64,000 nt of DNA from Selaginella moellendorffii (taxonomy: Eukaryota; Plantae; Lycopodiophyta): assembly GCF_000143415.4 (NCBI RefSeq), contig NW_003314268.1:936703-1000702 (forward strand), read 5' to 3'. Under the pieces are notes generated by a model. The model was not told the DNA's origin and did no database searches. It saw only the letters and a list, made by a program, of their open reading frames with translations. Every line of letters starts with the position of its first letter. Position 1 is the first letter of the stretch. Both the position numbers and the translations under genes were made by a program. Shown here in pieces: positions 10,801 through 23,000 of this stretch.

Positions 10801-13800
10801 CTTTCTTTCGGGAGTATCATCAAGGGGTTCACTTGGCACCAGTTCATCCAGTGTTTACTTTCCAAGCTCATTTTTATAACAAGAGGTCTCCTATTCTTCT
10901 CTCCGTGTTGGTTGATACAGGTTCGAGTTTATCTTCTATTGCTCGACCTGTTGCCACACGTTGTCGTCTACACTTGCGTCGTGCGGCGGATCCAGTTTTC
11001 ATTCTTTATGGCAATGGCCGTACACATGCATGTGCATGAGATGAGGCAGACCTGGTTGTGCGTGTGGGCGATCTCGAGCTTGAGTTGCAGTCGTTGCAGG
11101 TGGTGCCGAGTCAAGTTTTTGACCTCATTCTTGGTATGGATTGGTTGCAGCACAATCATGCCAAGTGTGACTTTGAGGCTTCTCCCCCTTGTCTCATACT
11201 TCCTTATGTTTCATCCATTCCTCTCACTTCCATACCTCTTCGTCCCTCTACTTCTACATCTGCTTCCATTACTTTTGTTCCCCCATTGTTTCCATCTTGT
11301 TCTGCTCTTCCCTTTTCCGATCCCTCCGATGATCTTTGTGTTGCAGCTGTTGACCAGCTCATGAAGGAGTATTCTGATCTCTTTGAATTTGACCTATCGT
11401 CTGGGGCCAAGATTGCCACACGTCATCCCATTCCAACCGGGGATGCTCGTCCAATCAAGGTTCCTGTTTGTCGTCGGTCACCCAAGGAGATCAAGATTTT
11501 ACGTGCAAACGTCAAGGAGATGTTGGAGAAGGGTGTTATTCGGAAGTCGCGAAGTCCTTGGGCATGTGAACCTCATCTTGTGACGAAGCCTGATGGGAGT
11601 ATTCGTTTCTGCATCGACTATCGTCCGTTAAATGAAGTGACGATCCCGGACGTGTACCCTCTTCCTCACACTGCTGATCTCTTGGATCGTTTGGGGCGAA
11701 GTCGTTGGTTCACCAAGCTAGATCTTGCTTCTGGGTATTGGCAAGTACCGATGGCTGAAGAAGATATTCCTAAGACTGCTTTTCGTACACCATTTGGTTT
11801 GTATGAGTTTTTGGTGATGCCGTTTGGTTTGAACAATGCTTCAGCAACTTTTCAGCGGATGATGGACGAGGTTCTTTGCGATATGCCGGAGGTGACGGCT
11901 GACTTCATTGATGATGTCTTGATCCACTCGGAGGGGACGTGGGAGGAGCATGTTCGTGATGTTTGTAAAGTGTTGGATCGGCTACGCGACGTTGGTTTAA
12001 AGCTGAAGCGGTCGAAGTGCGTGTTTGGGTCCAAGGACACAACTTATCTTGGGTACCGTATTTCTCGTGAGGGTTTGCAAGTTGATCCTGACAAACTTAT
12101 GGCTGTTCTAAAGTTCCCTACTCCAAAGTGTGTGAATGATGTGCAGCACTTTTTGGGTAAGGTGCAGTATCTCGGTCGTTTTGTAGATCATCTTTCCGAT
12201 CGCACTACACCATTGCGAGCGTTGCTGAAGTCATCAACGTCATCTTTCATCTGGTCTCCCGATTGTGAGCGGGCGTTCGTGAATCTCAAAGAACTATTGA
12301 CGACTCCTCCGGTTTTGGCATATCCTGACTACACTCGACCTTTTATTTTGCGCGTGGATGCTTCTGACATTAGTCTTGGAGGTGTGTTGATGCAAGAGAG
12401 CTCGAGTGTGCCTGGTCAGCGCCATCCCATTGCATACATAAGCCGTACATTACAACCAGCGGAGATGAACTACTCCACGACGGAGAAGGAGTGTTTAGCA
12501 GCAGTCTGGGGTTTCGAGAAACTTCATGCATATCTACATGGTTCTCGGACGTTACTTGAAGGTGACCATGCTGCTGTTACTTCATTATTGAAGCGGAAGA
12601 ACCTGGTTGGTCGTACGGCTCGATGGGCTTTGAAGTTTCAGATATATGATTTCGATGTTATTCATCGCCCAGGGAGTTCTATGGCTGATGCTGATGCTCT
12701 TTCTCAAGCTCCTCTTCCTTCTCCACTCACTTCTCATGTTTCTGACAAACCTGTTGTTCCAGCATCTGTGGATTTTCTAGATGAGGATTCTATGCCGTTG
12801 GCAGTTGCTGTCCTTGACGTTCAGTGTCCACAGGGCATAGAGCAAGATCTACCTTCTCTGGATGAGGTTCGTGAGGCTCAAAAGATTGAGCCATGGATTC
12901 GAAGGCTTCGAGATGGGTTTGAGAATCCTGCATCACTTGCTGATGACTTGCCTTTTCGGCATTTACATTCTCAATATCGCCTTGAAAATGGCCTTCTTTA
13001 TTTTGTGGGGACGGATCCTGATGATCATTTACGGCTGGTGGTGCCTTCGGTGTTTATTTCGCGGTTTCTCCATGCCTACCATGATTCTCCTATTCTAGGT
13101 GGGCATATGGGACACCGTCGTGTCACCGAGAAGTTGCGCAGATCTTTCTATTGGCCAGAGATGCGACGTGATATTATCCGGTATGTGCGTAGCTGCGTTT
13201 GGTGCCAAGCTTGTAATACTCCCCCTTGTGCTGCGGAAGGACGGTTGGAGTCAATTGTAGTTTCTCATCCATTTGAGTTGGTGGCATTTGATCTTATGGG
13301 ACCTTTTCCGCGATCAACTGTTGGCAATGAGTATGTTATTATTGCTTCTGACTACTTGACTCGTTGGGTGGAAGTTGGTGCTCTTGCTAGTGCCTCTGCA
13401 ACTGCTGTTGGATACTTCCTCCTCAATCGAGTGGTCTTCCAGCATTCTTGTCCAGAGCGGATTCTTTTGGATAATGGTCCTGCATTTATGGCTGAGGTAT
13501 TTCATGTTTTGATATCTCGGTTGGGGATACGCCACACTTTTACGAGTGCTTATCATCCACAATCAGACGGTCTGGTGGAACGGCTCGTTCGGACATTCAA
13601 AGGGATGATTGCGAAGTATGTGAACTTTCAACATTCGGATTGGGATGGTTATTTGCCGTCTCTTCGGTATGCTTATGTCACAGGGGTGCAGAGTTCTATT
13701 GGTGCTTCACCATATAAACTTCTATATGGTCATGATCCAATATTACCAACAGAGCTGGGTTTACCTTCGCGATTGCCACGAGCTCCTGATGCTAGATCAT

Positions 13801-14156
13801 GGGATCAATATTTGACAAGCATTCTTCCACTTGTCCGAGCAGAGTCTGCTGAACACTTAGGCCGCGTACAAGTGGGACAACAACGGCGCTACAATTCCCA
13901 TCATCGTCCACCTGCGGAGTACAAAGTGGATGATTTGGTGTTAGTCCGTTTTCCCCATCTTACGGTACGTGGTTTATCTAAGGGGCTCCTTGCGCAGTGG
14001 AAAGGACCGTATCGGGTGTTGCGGCAAGTTGGACCACAAGTTTATGAGGTTCGGCATGACGTTCAGCAAGCCGATCCTCCGGAGATTGTGCATGTGCAGC
14101 GGTTAAAACGCTTCATACAAAGGGATCAGTGTAAGCAACCAAAGAGAACGACTTGA
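10737..14156 (+). pseudogene. pol: Pol (aspartic protease, RT, RNase H, integrase) with in-frame TGA at 11037-11039 and C-terminus replaced by a TRIM insertion
   Basis: LVDTGS protease; FCIDYRPLN, LDLASGYWQ and FIDD RT motifs; VDAS...EKECLA RNase H; HHCC, DDE and KGPY integrase motifs. ORFs 10626-11039 and 11058-14156 share a frame. Confidence 0.92.
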
Positions 14157-14722
14157 GAGACGATCCATAGGGTTCAAATATAGAGGGAAAGGGCCCATGA
14201 ACAAGAGTGCACCACCTTTTCCAATCGGTTAAGGGTCTTGGGATATTTGGAGTTAAGCGTCCTTGGGTTTGAATAGTACTGGGCTGGGTGACCTCCCGGG
14301 AAGTTCAAACTCAAGAGCTTACATTTGGTATCAGAGGGGTCTCGGGTCCGACTCTGTTGGTTGGCTAGGGGAATCACACCACATGTTGATTGACATTTGG
14401 CTGGTCCAGTTTGCTCCCGCTGGGCTCGACCCGAGGGGTAGGGTGTCAAGAGAGCGGGGCTCTCGGGAGAGCTGCGGCTCTCAGCTTCCGTTCACGAGGG
14501 CGTGAACTTGCAGGGAAGCGTGGTGGATTGTAAGCAACCAAAGAGAACGACTTGAGAGACGATCCATAGGGTTCAAATATAGAGGGAAAGGGCCCATAAA
14601 CAAAAGTGCACCACCTTTTCCAATCGGTTAAGGGTCTTGGGATATTTGGAGTTAAGCGTCCTTGGGTTTGAATAGTACTGGGCTGGGTGACCTCCCGGGA
14701 AGTTCAAACTCAAGAGCTTACA
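14130..14722 (+). mobile_element. Cassandra-type TRIM with 5S rRNA-derived segment in each LTR
   Basis: LTRs 14130-14323 and 14529-14722 (194 bp, 2 mismatches, TG...CA). PBS tggtatcagag (tRNA-iMet). 205-bp non-coding interior. 5-bp TSD atcag (14125-14129, 14723-14727). LTR core agttaagcgtccttggg...agtactgggctgggtgacctcccgggaagt matches the 5S A-box/IE/C-box. Confidence 0.95.
14251..14306 (+). promoter_or_regulatory. 5S rRNA-derived Pol III internal promoter in Cassandra LTR (second copy 14650-14705)
   Basis: Aligns with plant 5S rRNA AGTTAAGCGTGCTTGGGCGAGAGTAGTACTAGGATGGGTGACCTCCCGGGAAGT. The 5S 5' and 3' ends are absent, so this is not an rRNA gene. Confidence 0.85.
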
Positions 14723-15167
14723 ATCAGGAGCAGTTAATACCGTCTACAGATCCACCGATGCCTCCTCCTGACGTTCCTCCAGATCCCGGCCCATCTACAA
14801 GAGAACCCTGACGGCCTTCCATTATTCCGAGAGGAGGGGATGATGTGAGGGCCAAGTGTACGGCTACGATGCCGTATACTAATATTAACGTAGTGGATTT
14901 TGGTAGCCGTCGGATTGGTTTCAATCCGGACCACTCGCTCCTGTATATAAGCTAGGGTTTTTGGGCTAATTGATATGCACATTTCTGTATTCCTCACAAT
15001 TTTAATTAATTTTATAAGCTATTCAGTCTGTTGGTTATAAATGGATAATAATGTAATATTAATCATAAGATCTTAATCATCCATCTATTAATCTAACTTA
15101 TAAAAGCATTAATTGTACCTTTTATTTAAATTATTTTTCTTTTCTAAGAGTTTAATTATATTAACAA

Positions 15168-15320
15168 TGTGAAGTCCAAATGTATGGCTACAATGCCATA
15201 TACTAATATTAGCAAAGTAGGATTTTGATAGGTATTGGATTGGTGTCAATTTAGACCACTTGCTCCTGTATATAAGCTAGGGTTTTGGCACTAATCAAAT
15301 ATGTATACTTTTGTATTCCT
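15168..15320 (+). mobile_element. Degenerate solo LTR of the 155-bp-LTR gypsy family
   Basis: tgtgaagtccaaatgtatggctacaatgccatatactaatattagc...tatataagctagggtttt aligns with 9441-9595, with many C>T/G>A changes. Confidence 0.85.
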
Positions 15321-16739
15321 TTTTTATATTCCATGCATTCACAATAGCAAAATTGATTTAAAATTAATTAAATATATGGTTTTTGTATTCTTTAATAAAT
15401 CATGGTATTTAAATAGGATATATATATGAAACAAAAACTCCAACAACACTATCACAAGCAAGTACAAAGAAGCACTGCTTCCTAAGGATTTAAAATTTCC
15501 CTACTATGATATTAATTATCATTGCTATGCAGAGGTTTATCCTCCTTAACACTGACATCATCAGCAGTGCCAATATTATTTTCTATGACAACACTCACTT
15601 GCTCAATTATTCTTTATTTCCCCCAAGGCCCTTCTTTTGTATTTTCTTTCGTTCTCCCATCAATGTTAGTATTGTCCTCCAATCCTTTATGGTGGAAAAC
15701 TATCCAAGGGTAATCTAGGATCAAAGAAAAGTGACATTAACATTAGTGATAGAAATGTTTAGGAAAGTAAGAAAATCAAAGATTTTGTGTTTGTAATTAC
15801 TTCTCTTTTTTCCATTTTTCAATTATAGTTTTAAAGTTTTGCCTATAAACCTCATAATTATCCTGCTATTGGTAGAAGTGCCTTTATTATAAAGTTGGCT
15901 AGACTCACTAGTCCCTCAAAGGGGTCTTTTTTGAAATCCAAGAGCACTTGATTCCTCATTATTGTCAAGAGTCCATAATAGAAGCATATGATTTTTAACT
16001 CTATGGCTTTCTTCTAGCCAATTCACCAAATTCACCTAGGTGTTAGGATCAAAAATTGCACAATAAATAGAATATTGAACACATACCATTGGCCAGCTTG
16101 ACTAGAAGAGCTTGACAAAATTGCTAGAATTTCCAGAACACTAGGTTAGAAGTGACTTTAGCAATATAAAGTCCTTTCAAGGATATTGATTTGTTTCTTC
16201 TTAACAACAATCTTTCTAGATATGCCTAAAGTTCCAACCAAGAGGATTTCCTAATAATCTTACTATAAGCTCAATTTTTTTGTATTAAAAGTCCAAGTAG
16301 AATTTCATATTTACTAGATTCAAAGAATTAAATTTCACAATTATAAATAGAAAAATCAAAGAAAGATGTTAAAGTTTATACAGTATTTAAGAAGTTGCAA
16401 ATTTTAAGGATATAGATGTAGGGTTCACCCTTCACAGAAAGAGAGTTAATCATAATACACAATTTGTAAAAGTTTACTAAAATATAATCTAAGTAGACTA
16501 CTATTGAATTATAATTGCAAGGTGTTGGATTGTTTTATGCTTTTAATGCCTTTTCTGCATAGCTTATATTGTGAGTAGTTCATTTGTGTTTTTCATTTGG
16601 TTTGGGAACTGTGAGTAGGCATTTGCAAATCTCAAAGATGTGGTGATGACTCCTTTAGTTTTGGAATATCCTTATTACACTCGACCTTTCATCTTGTATA
16701 TGAATACTTTTAATCTTAATCTCAAAGGTATATTGATTG

Positions 16740-17481
16740 TACATCTTGAGTGTATTTAGACCAGATAAGCATAAGGACAGAATTCTTACATGCTATTAGC
16801 TAAACATACTTAACCTAGTAAAAAGTTCCCATTTTGTTATGTGTTTCATTGGTTAGTAACAAAAATCATCATATGTTGAATTTAGTCCTTCAATAATTCT
16901 ATATGATAGTTTATCGTGTTCACTAAACACCCTCACTATCATGCCTTATATATTGGTTCCATTCCAGTCCTTTGTGCTATTTATGGTAAGTGTCTAGATT
17001 TATTTAAATGACATATCTATGGAATGTACAGAGTGTCATAAATCCCATAGTGTTGTTCCCACATTCCAATTTGTAATAATGTGTTATTGTATATTTAGTA
17101 AGTTTTAAAACTTGCTTCAAAGACTAACTCTCAAGATAGAAGGTTGTGAGGGGTTCCAAATATATAATAAAGATAGGTGTTTAAAAACATTATTGACCAT
17201 CTAAAATATTAATTTGGCTTTTATTAGGCTATATCACTCTTTATTCTACATCCAACTTGGGCACAAGTCCAAGTTTTATGCTGCTCTAATTAGTGGGGTA
17301 CCCACCTCTTTGCATTATGCCACCAGTATGCCAAAATTATGCCAAACATCGTTTGACACAATTTTGTATGAAAAAACTAGATATAGGGAGTTGGTGTTTA
17401 TAGAGGATATTAAGTACATACTGGATCCTCATTTCATTGTACAAAGGTCTTGAGTTCGGTTCCAAATACAAGTGTGCTATA
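16740..17481 (+). mobile_element. Partial solo LTR of a ~940-bp LTR family (also 34388-~35310 and 36938-37877)
   Basis: Colinear with 36938-37877 and ends tgtgctata. Flank ataaa follows it here and precedes it in copy B (34383-34387). Confidence 0.7.
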
Positions 17482-17572
17482 ATAAAGCTTCATGCATATT
17501 TGTATAGTTCTTAAACATTGTTAAAGTGTGATTATATTGCAGTCATTTCATCACTATGGAAGAATTTGGTTA

Positions 17573-18255
17573 TGTAAGCTCTTGAGTTTAAATTTTTTAA
17601 GAAGTCACCTAGCCCAGTACTATTCAAACCCAAATATGCTTAACCCTAAGTATCTCAAAACCTTTAACCGATTGGAAAAGGGGGTGCACTCTTATTCATG
17701 AGCCCTTTCCTTTTATATTTAAACCTTATGAATTGCTTCTCAAATAGTTTCTTTTAGTTGTTTACAATTCACTTTGCTTCTTTGCAAATTCACACCCTCA
17801 TGAACAGAAGCTAAAAGCCATAACTCTCCTGAGAGCCCCACTCTCTTGACACCCTACTTTTTGGATTGAGCCCAATTATAATAAATTGGACTTGCCAAAT
17901 GTTAATTAACATGTTTTTTGACACCCTACCCCTTAGGTCGAGCCCAACCGAAGTACCCCTTAGGTCAAGCTTAGTTGGAGTACCCTTTGGGTCAAGCTTA
18001 GGCTGGAGCAAATTGGACTTGCTATATATCAATTAACATATGGTGTGATTCCCCAAAAAGTGTAAGTTTTTTGAGTTTGAACTTCTTGGGAGGTCACTCA
18101 ACCCAGTATTATTCAAACTCAAGGACACTTAACCCCAAATATCCCAAAGCCTTTAATCAATTGGAAAAAAATGTACACTTTTGTTCATAAACCCTTTCCC
18201 TTTATATTTAAACCCCATGAATCATCTCTTGAGTTATTCCCTTTGGTTGCTTATA
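17573..18255 (-). mobile_element. Older degenerate Cassandra-type TRIM
   Basis: Reverse complement of 14130-14722, with LTRs at 17573-17766 and 18061-18255 and short internal tandem duplications. TSD ggtta/ggttg matches host-gypsy ggttg (cf. aagaacctggttggtcg near 12600). Confidence 0.9.
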
Positions 18256-20099
18256 GGTTGGTTGTACTATTAAGTGGGATCTAAAGCTTTAAATATATAA
18301 TTTTGCGGATGTTTATCATTTGGAAAGTTCTTTAGATAATACTGATACCCTTTCTTGAGATTTTCTCCCTTTTTTGCTCTCTTCTCATATTTCTAATGGC
18401 ATATTATTCTAACATTAATGGATTTTTTAGATGAGGATTCCATACCATTTACAGATACTTTACTTAATATTCAATATCCACAACGTGCAAAATTAGATTT
18501 ACCTTCTTTTAATGAGGTTCTTTACTTCCTGATATTCCTCCAAATCCCAACCCATTAACGAAGAAACTTTTATTGCCTTCCATCTTTCCAACAGGAGGGG
18601 ATGATGTGAGGTCCAAGTGTATTTCTATGATGTTATTAACATAATGGGATTGTGATAGTTATAAGATTAATTTTAATCTAGACCACTTGCTTTTGAATAT
18701 AAGCTAGGGTTTTTAGGCTCTTGGTCTCCATACATTCCCTCTGCATTGTCAAAGCCAAACTAGCTCAACCAATCAATCTCTACAATCCAACTTTTGAACC
18801 AAAGTCTATTCTAAGTCAAAGTGATTTAGAGTGCTTTCCCAAGCCAAAACCATAGAAAAGAGCTAGTTGCCTGGAGTAAGCAATTGATAAATGTTTAACA
18901 GCTCAAAGCATACTAAATCACCTCCAACTATAAGAAAGGGAATGAACTTATAGAGAAGTTGATGGTAAGGATGAGTATCCATCACCATATTGGCCACAAG
19001 TTCCATACCAAGAGAATACAATGCAACAATTTGCATTCAAAAGTGTTCTAGTGTATGCTGGGAGTTGGAGTGCAATAGCAGCAAGGGATGGGATGCCATG
19101 GCAGAGGTCCTCAATGTTATAGATGTTGGGAATTTGGTCATATTCAAGCAGATTATCCAAATGTAAAGAAGCCAAAATATTCCTAGCCAATGTGCGGAGT
19201 GTATGGGACTCAAGGCCTCCATCCTCAAGATCAATGTCCTCACAAGTTGAAGTAGGACTATGTCAAGCAAGTAGTCAATTTGTGAGTTGCGTTTGTTCAA
19301 GAAGCAGACCTAGATCGGACTCATTATAAGCTAAGCACAGGTCGTGGTTATGGAAAGAAAGATATGCTTACTTGGATGGTGCAGACTTGACATAATCAAA
19401 ATGAGAAGGTTTTTGCAAATCCTGAAGAGGAGAGTGATCCTGAGCACTTCACAAGAAGGTAGAGGTGTAAGAGGCAAGAAATTTTATGTTGAGTCCTTTT
19501 TTAGTTCAGGTCAAGAACGGGAAGGAAGATGAAGTGTGCACTCCAAATTCAATGGCAATACTCAAGACTGTAGGTGTTCCTTCTCCAGCACAGGTGAGTA
19601 AGCTCTTTGATCAGTTTAGAGGGAGTAAGAAGCCACTCAAAGCAATCAAGAGGCAAAGGTATAGACAAGTCTTGAATCTGGAAGCTGCTCTTTATGATAT
19701 TTTGAGGGACCTGGACAATCAAAAACCAACAATTACTTTTGCTCAATTACTTCAGCTAACTCTTTCTCCACTAATTCTACATATATAGTTTCTTTAATAG
19801 TGAGGTTCATGTATGTTCATGGAAAATTTTTAAAGCACATTTGTCCACAACAAAGCAGAGTTGAAGATACATTCTTTGAAATGTCTATTATTCAAACTAA
19901 AGACATGATTGAAGAGGATAATGCATTTGAACATGATAACATGGAACCACAAGTACTTGTGATTGTGGGAAATTCACTGATGGAGGCACATATTGCATAT
20001 AAGGCTGCTGCTACTGATAGACAGTTACTGCTTGTGCTTATGCTCTCATAGGATGATAAAAACAATTTTTTCATTCATGGTTAGTCCGGCCACAGAATT

Positions 20100-23000
20100 G
20101 ACAACTTACTCTCACTTGCTGGATTGGACATTCATTTGGATAGTGAACATAAGTTTTGCATTCCATACACTAGATATTTGAGCGATCACACACTAGCTGG
20201 GGAGGATTCTAAACACCCTTGATCCAATTAACTTGTAAGTCCCTCATCTTTTTTGTAAGAGCCTTGACTAAATCTTCTTTAACCTTGTTCATTTGCACAT
20301 CTAGTGATGGAGCTGGAGCTTGAAATTGTATAGGAGCCACTGGAGCCACTGCTGGGATCAAAGTTGGAGCTGTCACACTTGCTGGATTCAAAATTCCAGG
20401 TTGTTATGAGCTATTCCTGGCTCATAACTAGTACGGATGTAGGACTACAGGGGATCCATATGAGATATATATGATTGGCACAAAGGGGGAGCCTTGAGCC
20501 TTTTCTTTCCTCTTCTCTTGTTTCTCATGTGATTCACTCATTAATGGATCACATCCTTTTTTATTGGATTCACATCCTAACATTTGGTATCAGAGCATTG
20601 ATCAGGACCTTGGCAAAGATCATCCGGGATATTGCATCATGGGAGAGAGGATTGGTCCACGTCCTTAGCATGCCTGATCTAGGGTACAGATGTCTCAGCA
20701 AGGCATCTGACAGGAGGTGATCGCGATGGCAATCTAGGTTGTCATGGGCGATCTGGGCTTGGGCGAGAGGGAGGCGCCGGAGAGAAGCAATGCCACCATG
20801 GAACAAGGGGAAAAAGGAGGTGAAATCTTCCCCTTCAGCCGATGGAGAATCCAGCAATGTAGGAGGTGGTTGATCCATTGAATTCACCACAGGTAGTGCT
20901 GAGCTGGTTGGTGAGTTGAGGGAGGTGTTGTAGTCTTTTATGCCGTGCTATGTGACAAATCATCAGTAGGACTTGGAGAGGTTCCAACAACTGCAGCGTA
21001 CCTTGGCCATCATTGAGCACAATCAGGCCACTATGGGTGGCAAGATAGAGGAGCTGGGAGAGCAGTGGCGGGTTTTGGCAGAGAAGCAAGAGCAGATGGG
21101 GTCTAGGGTCAAGGGCCGAAGAGACCCTGATCTGAAAGACATCGTGCACCAGTTTTTTTACGAAGATTGGTTACAAGATTCGAGTCCTGAGTTACCCCCA
21201 ATGGATGATCAACCTTGGTATGATGACTTGCTGGAGAAGATGAAGTTGCCACTTCCAAGGGGATACTCGGGAGGGGTCTAGGGATGGGGTCATGGTGGCA
21301 GGATCGGGAGAAGCTCAATATACCTGAGTATGATGGCACAAATGATCGATTAAGACTTCAAGATTGGATAAGGTTCCCTTTGCGTCAATCTTTTTGAAGG
21401 ATCTGGTTTCATAACTTGGAACGAGCTTGCATATTCCCAAACTGGGAACAGTTCAAAGTCTTGATCACTGACACTTTCATCTTGATCCTAGTTTTGGAGC
21501 TGCCCTTCAACAAGTTGTGCGACCTTCGCTATGACTAGCAACATCAAACTCTCTAGGCATTCAATACAGGATGGTTACGGGCCAGATATGAGGTAGTGGG
21601 AGTTTTAGACGAGATTCTGGCCTAGCGTCACATAGCAGCGCTGCCTTCATCAATGGCAGGTGATGTTGCTCAAACCAAGCCAGTTTCTGTGTGTCAGGCA
21701 ATGGTGGCAGCATTGAATGCAGACCAGCGGTTTCATGAATGGGAGTCTCGATTGCGTCGTCCTGATATAAGTAGGCCTCATTGTCAGGATTTTCCAGCTG
21801 CATCACCAACTCCAACGCCGACAATGTTGCCGACAGTGAACAGTGATAAGGAACGCAAGCCTTGGCAAGATCTATCCACTCAAAAGCGGGCCAAACGCTC
21901 AGAGGATTTGAAGATGGGCAAATGCTTTGATTGTGAGCAGAAATGGACACGAGGCCACCATTTGGTTTGTCCATCTCGGAAGGGTGCTACAGTTCCCAAG
22001 GCAAAGGACATTTTTGCGAGGCTGCTTCTAGGGAATTTGTTCCAGTCGACATAGACATGGTTGATGAGGGCGAGGAGATCTTTGTTGGGAATCAGGGAAC
22101 AACAGCCCAGGCTCGGAGGACCTTGACAGCTCAGGTGGCAAGGCATTTATCTCCTACTCAGCATATTTTGGAAAGACTGGTCTGCAGTGCTTCCGGGTGC
22201 GGGGAACAATTAATGGCAGAGTGGCATTCGGCCTGGTTGACTTTGGCGCCTCACACACGTTTGTGAATCGGTGGAGTTTATCACAATTGAAGCTCCTCCC
22301 GTTGCACACCAACAGTCTTTTGAATGTTGAGATTGCAGATGGAGGGATGGTGAAATCATCTCAAGTGGTGGATTGTGCATTTGTGGTTGGGGAGTACACA
22401 GTGAAGGGTTGGTTTCATGTGTTGGATATGGGCACAGTGGATGTAGTCATCGGGGTGGAGACTCTCCAGTAGCTTGGGGATATCATGGTGAACTTCCAAG
22501 AGCAACACCTCAGCTTCAATAACAATGGCAAGAGGGTCACTTGGGCTGGTATTGAGGTTCCCCAGGAATTCCCAATGGTGTCTTATGCCCAGTGTGCTTG
22601 GATGTGCCGGAAGGGCACAATTGTCGTACCTGTTGAAGCTGGAGACCAAACAGGAGGGTTGCAAAAGGCTAAGAGAGATGAGGCAATGCAGTGCAGAGTG
22701 GCTGCTAGCAAGAATTCAGTTGCTCAGTAGGAGGAGTTTCATGAGCTTCAATAAGATATTCTCAGGTTGACAATTCCAAGGGATTTTCGTAAGGTTCTCC
22801 TCCGTCATCTACCAGTTTTCAACCACCAAATTTCCTTGTTGGTGTCATCTAGAACAGGTGTGGAACATTCCATCATCCTAGAGGGCAACTCCATTCCAGT
22901 TACTTGTCCATTTTTGAGATTATCATGGGAGGAACGTCAAGAGGTTGACAGGATGATAAATGAGCTTCTCCAGCAAGGACTAATAGAGCTGAGTTCTAGT

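Larger units (their letters stand above)
9441..14998 (+). mobile_element. Ty3/gypsy LTR retrotransposon, non-chromovirus type, near-intact
   Basis: TG...CA LTRs at 9441-9595 and 14844-14998 (155 bp, 2 mismatches). PBS tggtggaggtgagggg at 9597. PPT gagaggagggga before the 3' LTR. Flanks attt/attt. Domain order gag-PR-RT-RH-INT. Confidence 0.97.
3481..17481 (+). repeat. Copy A of a direct segmental duplication (3481-~8745 and ~15352-17481 match 27321-~35310)
   Basis: Colinear sequence in the gene, its 3' flank and the AT-rich region. Copy A has an extra ~6.6 kb (8745-15352) that contains the gypsy element. Confidence 0.9.
16500..18718 (+). mobile_element. Old decayed copy of the same gypsy family (RNase H region, integrase deleted, PPT plus partial 3' LTR from 18605), carrying nested insertions
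   Basis: 16580-16737 matches 12241-12390; 17482-17572 and 18256-18520 match 12517-12870; 18525-18718 matches the 14765-14960 PPT/LTR. Confidence 0.85.

Noticed and set aside
11037-11039. Programmed stop-codon readthrough in pol
   Set aside because: The TGA lies mid-protease with no CARYYA-type context. A C>T or G>A nonsense mutation is the simpler explanation.
14251-14705. 5S rRNA genes
   Set aside because: Only the ~55-nt internal promoter region is present, inside LTRs bounded by a PBS and a TSD. This is Cassandra, not rDNA.
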